Below the pieces are notes generated by a model. It was not told where the DNA came from and did no database searches. It saw only the letters and a list, made by a program, of their open reading frames with translations. The translations under genes were made by a program, and so were the position numbers. 64,000 bases of DNA. Source: Hemiscyllium ocellatum. Lineage: Eukaryota. The number at the start of each line of letters is the position of its first letter. Positions within the stretch are counted from its first letter, which is position 1. The stretch covers positions 72,726,001 through 72,790,000 of the forward strand of contig NC_083417.1 in assembly GCF_020745735.1 (NCBI RefSeq). Direction: 5' to 3'. Positions 63,120-64,000 of the stretch are shown here, piece after piece.

Positions 63120-63740
63120 ACAGTCACAAAGTCAAAGAGATGTACAGCACAGAAACAGACCCTTCAGTCCAACTCGTCGACCAGATATCCTAAACTAATC
63201 TAGTTCCATTTGCCAGTACTTAGCCCATATATCTCTAATTCTGGATTAGTGATGCTGGAAGAGCACAGCAGTTCAGGCAGCATCCAAGGAGCAGCGAAAT
63301 CGATGTTTCGGGCAAAAGCCCTACATCAGGAATCCATATATCTCTAAACCGTTCCTATTCATAGGCTCATCCAGATGCCTTTTAAATGCTGTAATCATAC
63401 CAGCTTCAACAATTTCCTCTGGCAGCTCATTCTACACACACACACCACCTCTGCCTGAAAAGGTTGCCCCTTAGGTCCCTTTTATATCTTTCCCCTCTCA
63501 CCCTGAACCTATGCCCTCTAGTTCTGGATTCCCGCACCCCAGGGAAAATACCTTGTCTGTTTATCCTATCCATGCCCCTATGATTTTATAAACCTCCATA
63601 AGCTTACCCCTCAGCCTCCGACACTCTAGGGAAAATAGTCGCAGCTTATTCAGCCTCACCCTGCAGCTCAACCCCTCCAACCCTGGCAACGATATTGTAA
63701 ATCGTTTCTGAATCATTTCAAGTTTCACAATATCCTTTCA
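63120..63740 (-). mobile_element. CR1 3' fragment carrying a Penelope-like insertion
   Basis: CR1 3' tail and C-terminal sequence in reverse orientation. Confidence 0.85.
63239..63333 (-). mobile_element. Short Penelope-like insertion with 14-bp TSD
   Basis: TSD ccatatatctctaa (63225-63238 and 63334-63347); hammerhead core mutated (CTGATGT). Confidence 0.85.
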
Positions 63741-64000
63741 GATCCTAGGCTGACAGAATGCACAAACCACATTTCTAGACTTAAAAAGAATTATAATTTA
63801 CAAAAAATGGACACTAGTTTCAGAAAAACAGGTAAATTATGAACAGTTAGCATACAAATCTGTTATTAATTAAAAGTCAGGGTTTATCACAATTTTTAGA
63901 GGAAAGAATAAATTGCTTTTCTTGAGGCTTAAAATAGATGTTACTGCAGAGAACAAAGAGAGCGTCTGAGATGATGGAGGTCTCTCATTCTCCTGTTCAC

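Overview
This is eukaryotic, repeat-dense DNA, most likely from a shark. That is inferred from HE1-like SINEs, CR1/HER1-like LINEs and Penelope-type repeats typical of elasmobranchs; the species cannot be determined from the sequence. Most long ORFs in the track are CR1 LINE ORF1/ORF2 fragments. The window also holds a decayed Ty3/Gypsy element (~6.0-9.9 kb), a deleted class I ERV with a tRNA-Pro PBS (17.9-21.8 kb), several solo LTRs, and about ten Penelope-like fragments carrying minimal hammerhead ribozyme motifs. Between the repeats are exons of an immunoglobulin-superfamily receptor cluster that the ORF track mostly hides. Minus strand: a pseudogenised V(J)-stalk-TM(Arg) unit of NKp30-like architecture (10.9-12.4 kb) and a frameshifted C1 exon (31.1-31.4 kb). 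Plus strand: phase-compatible exons for C1, stalk, TM(Arg), a cytoplasmic segment and a candidate terminal exon with an ITIM-like motif plus an ITAM-spaced tyrosine pair (40.9-52.7 kb). All gene models were assembled by eye from splice sites and intron phase. They need transcript or homology confirmation.
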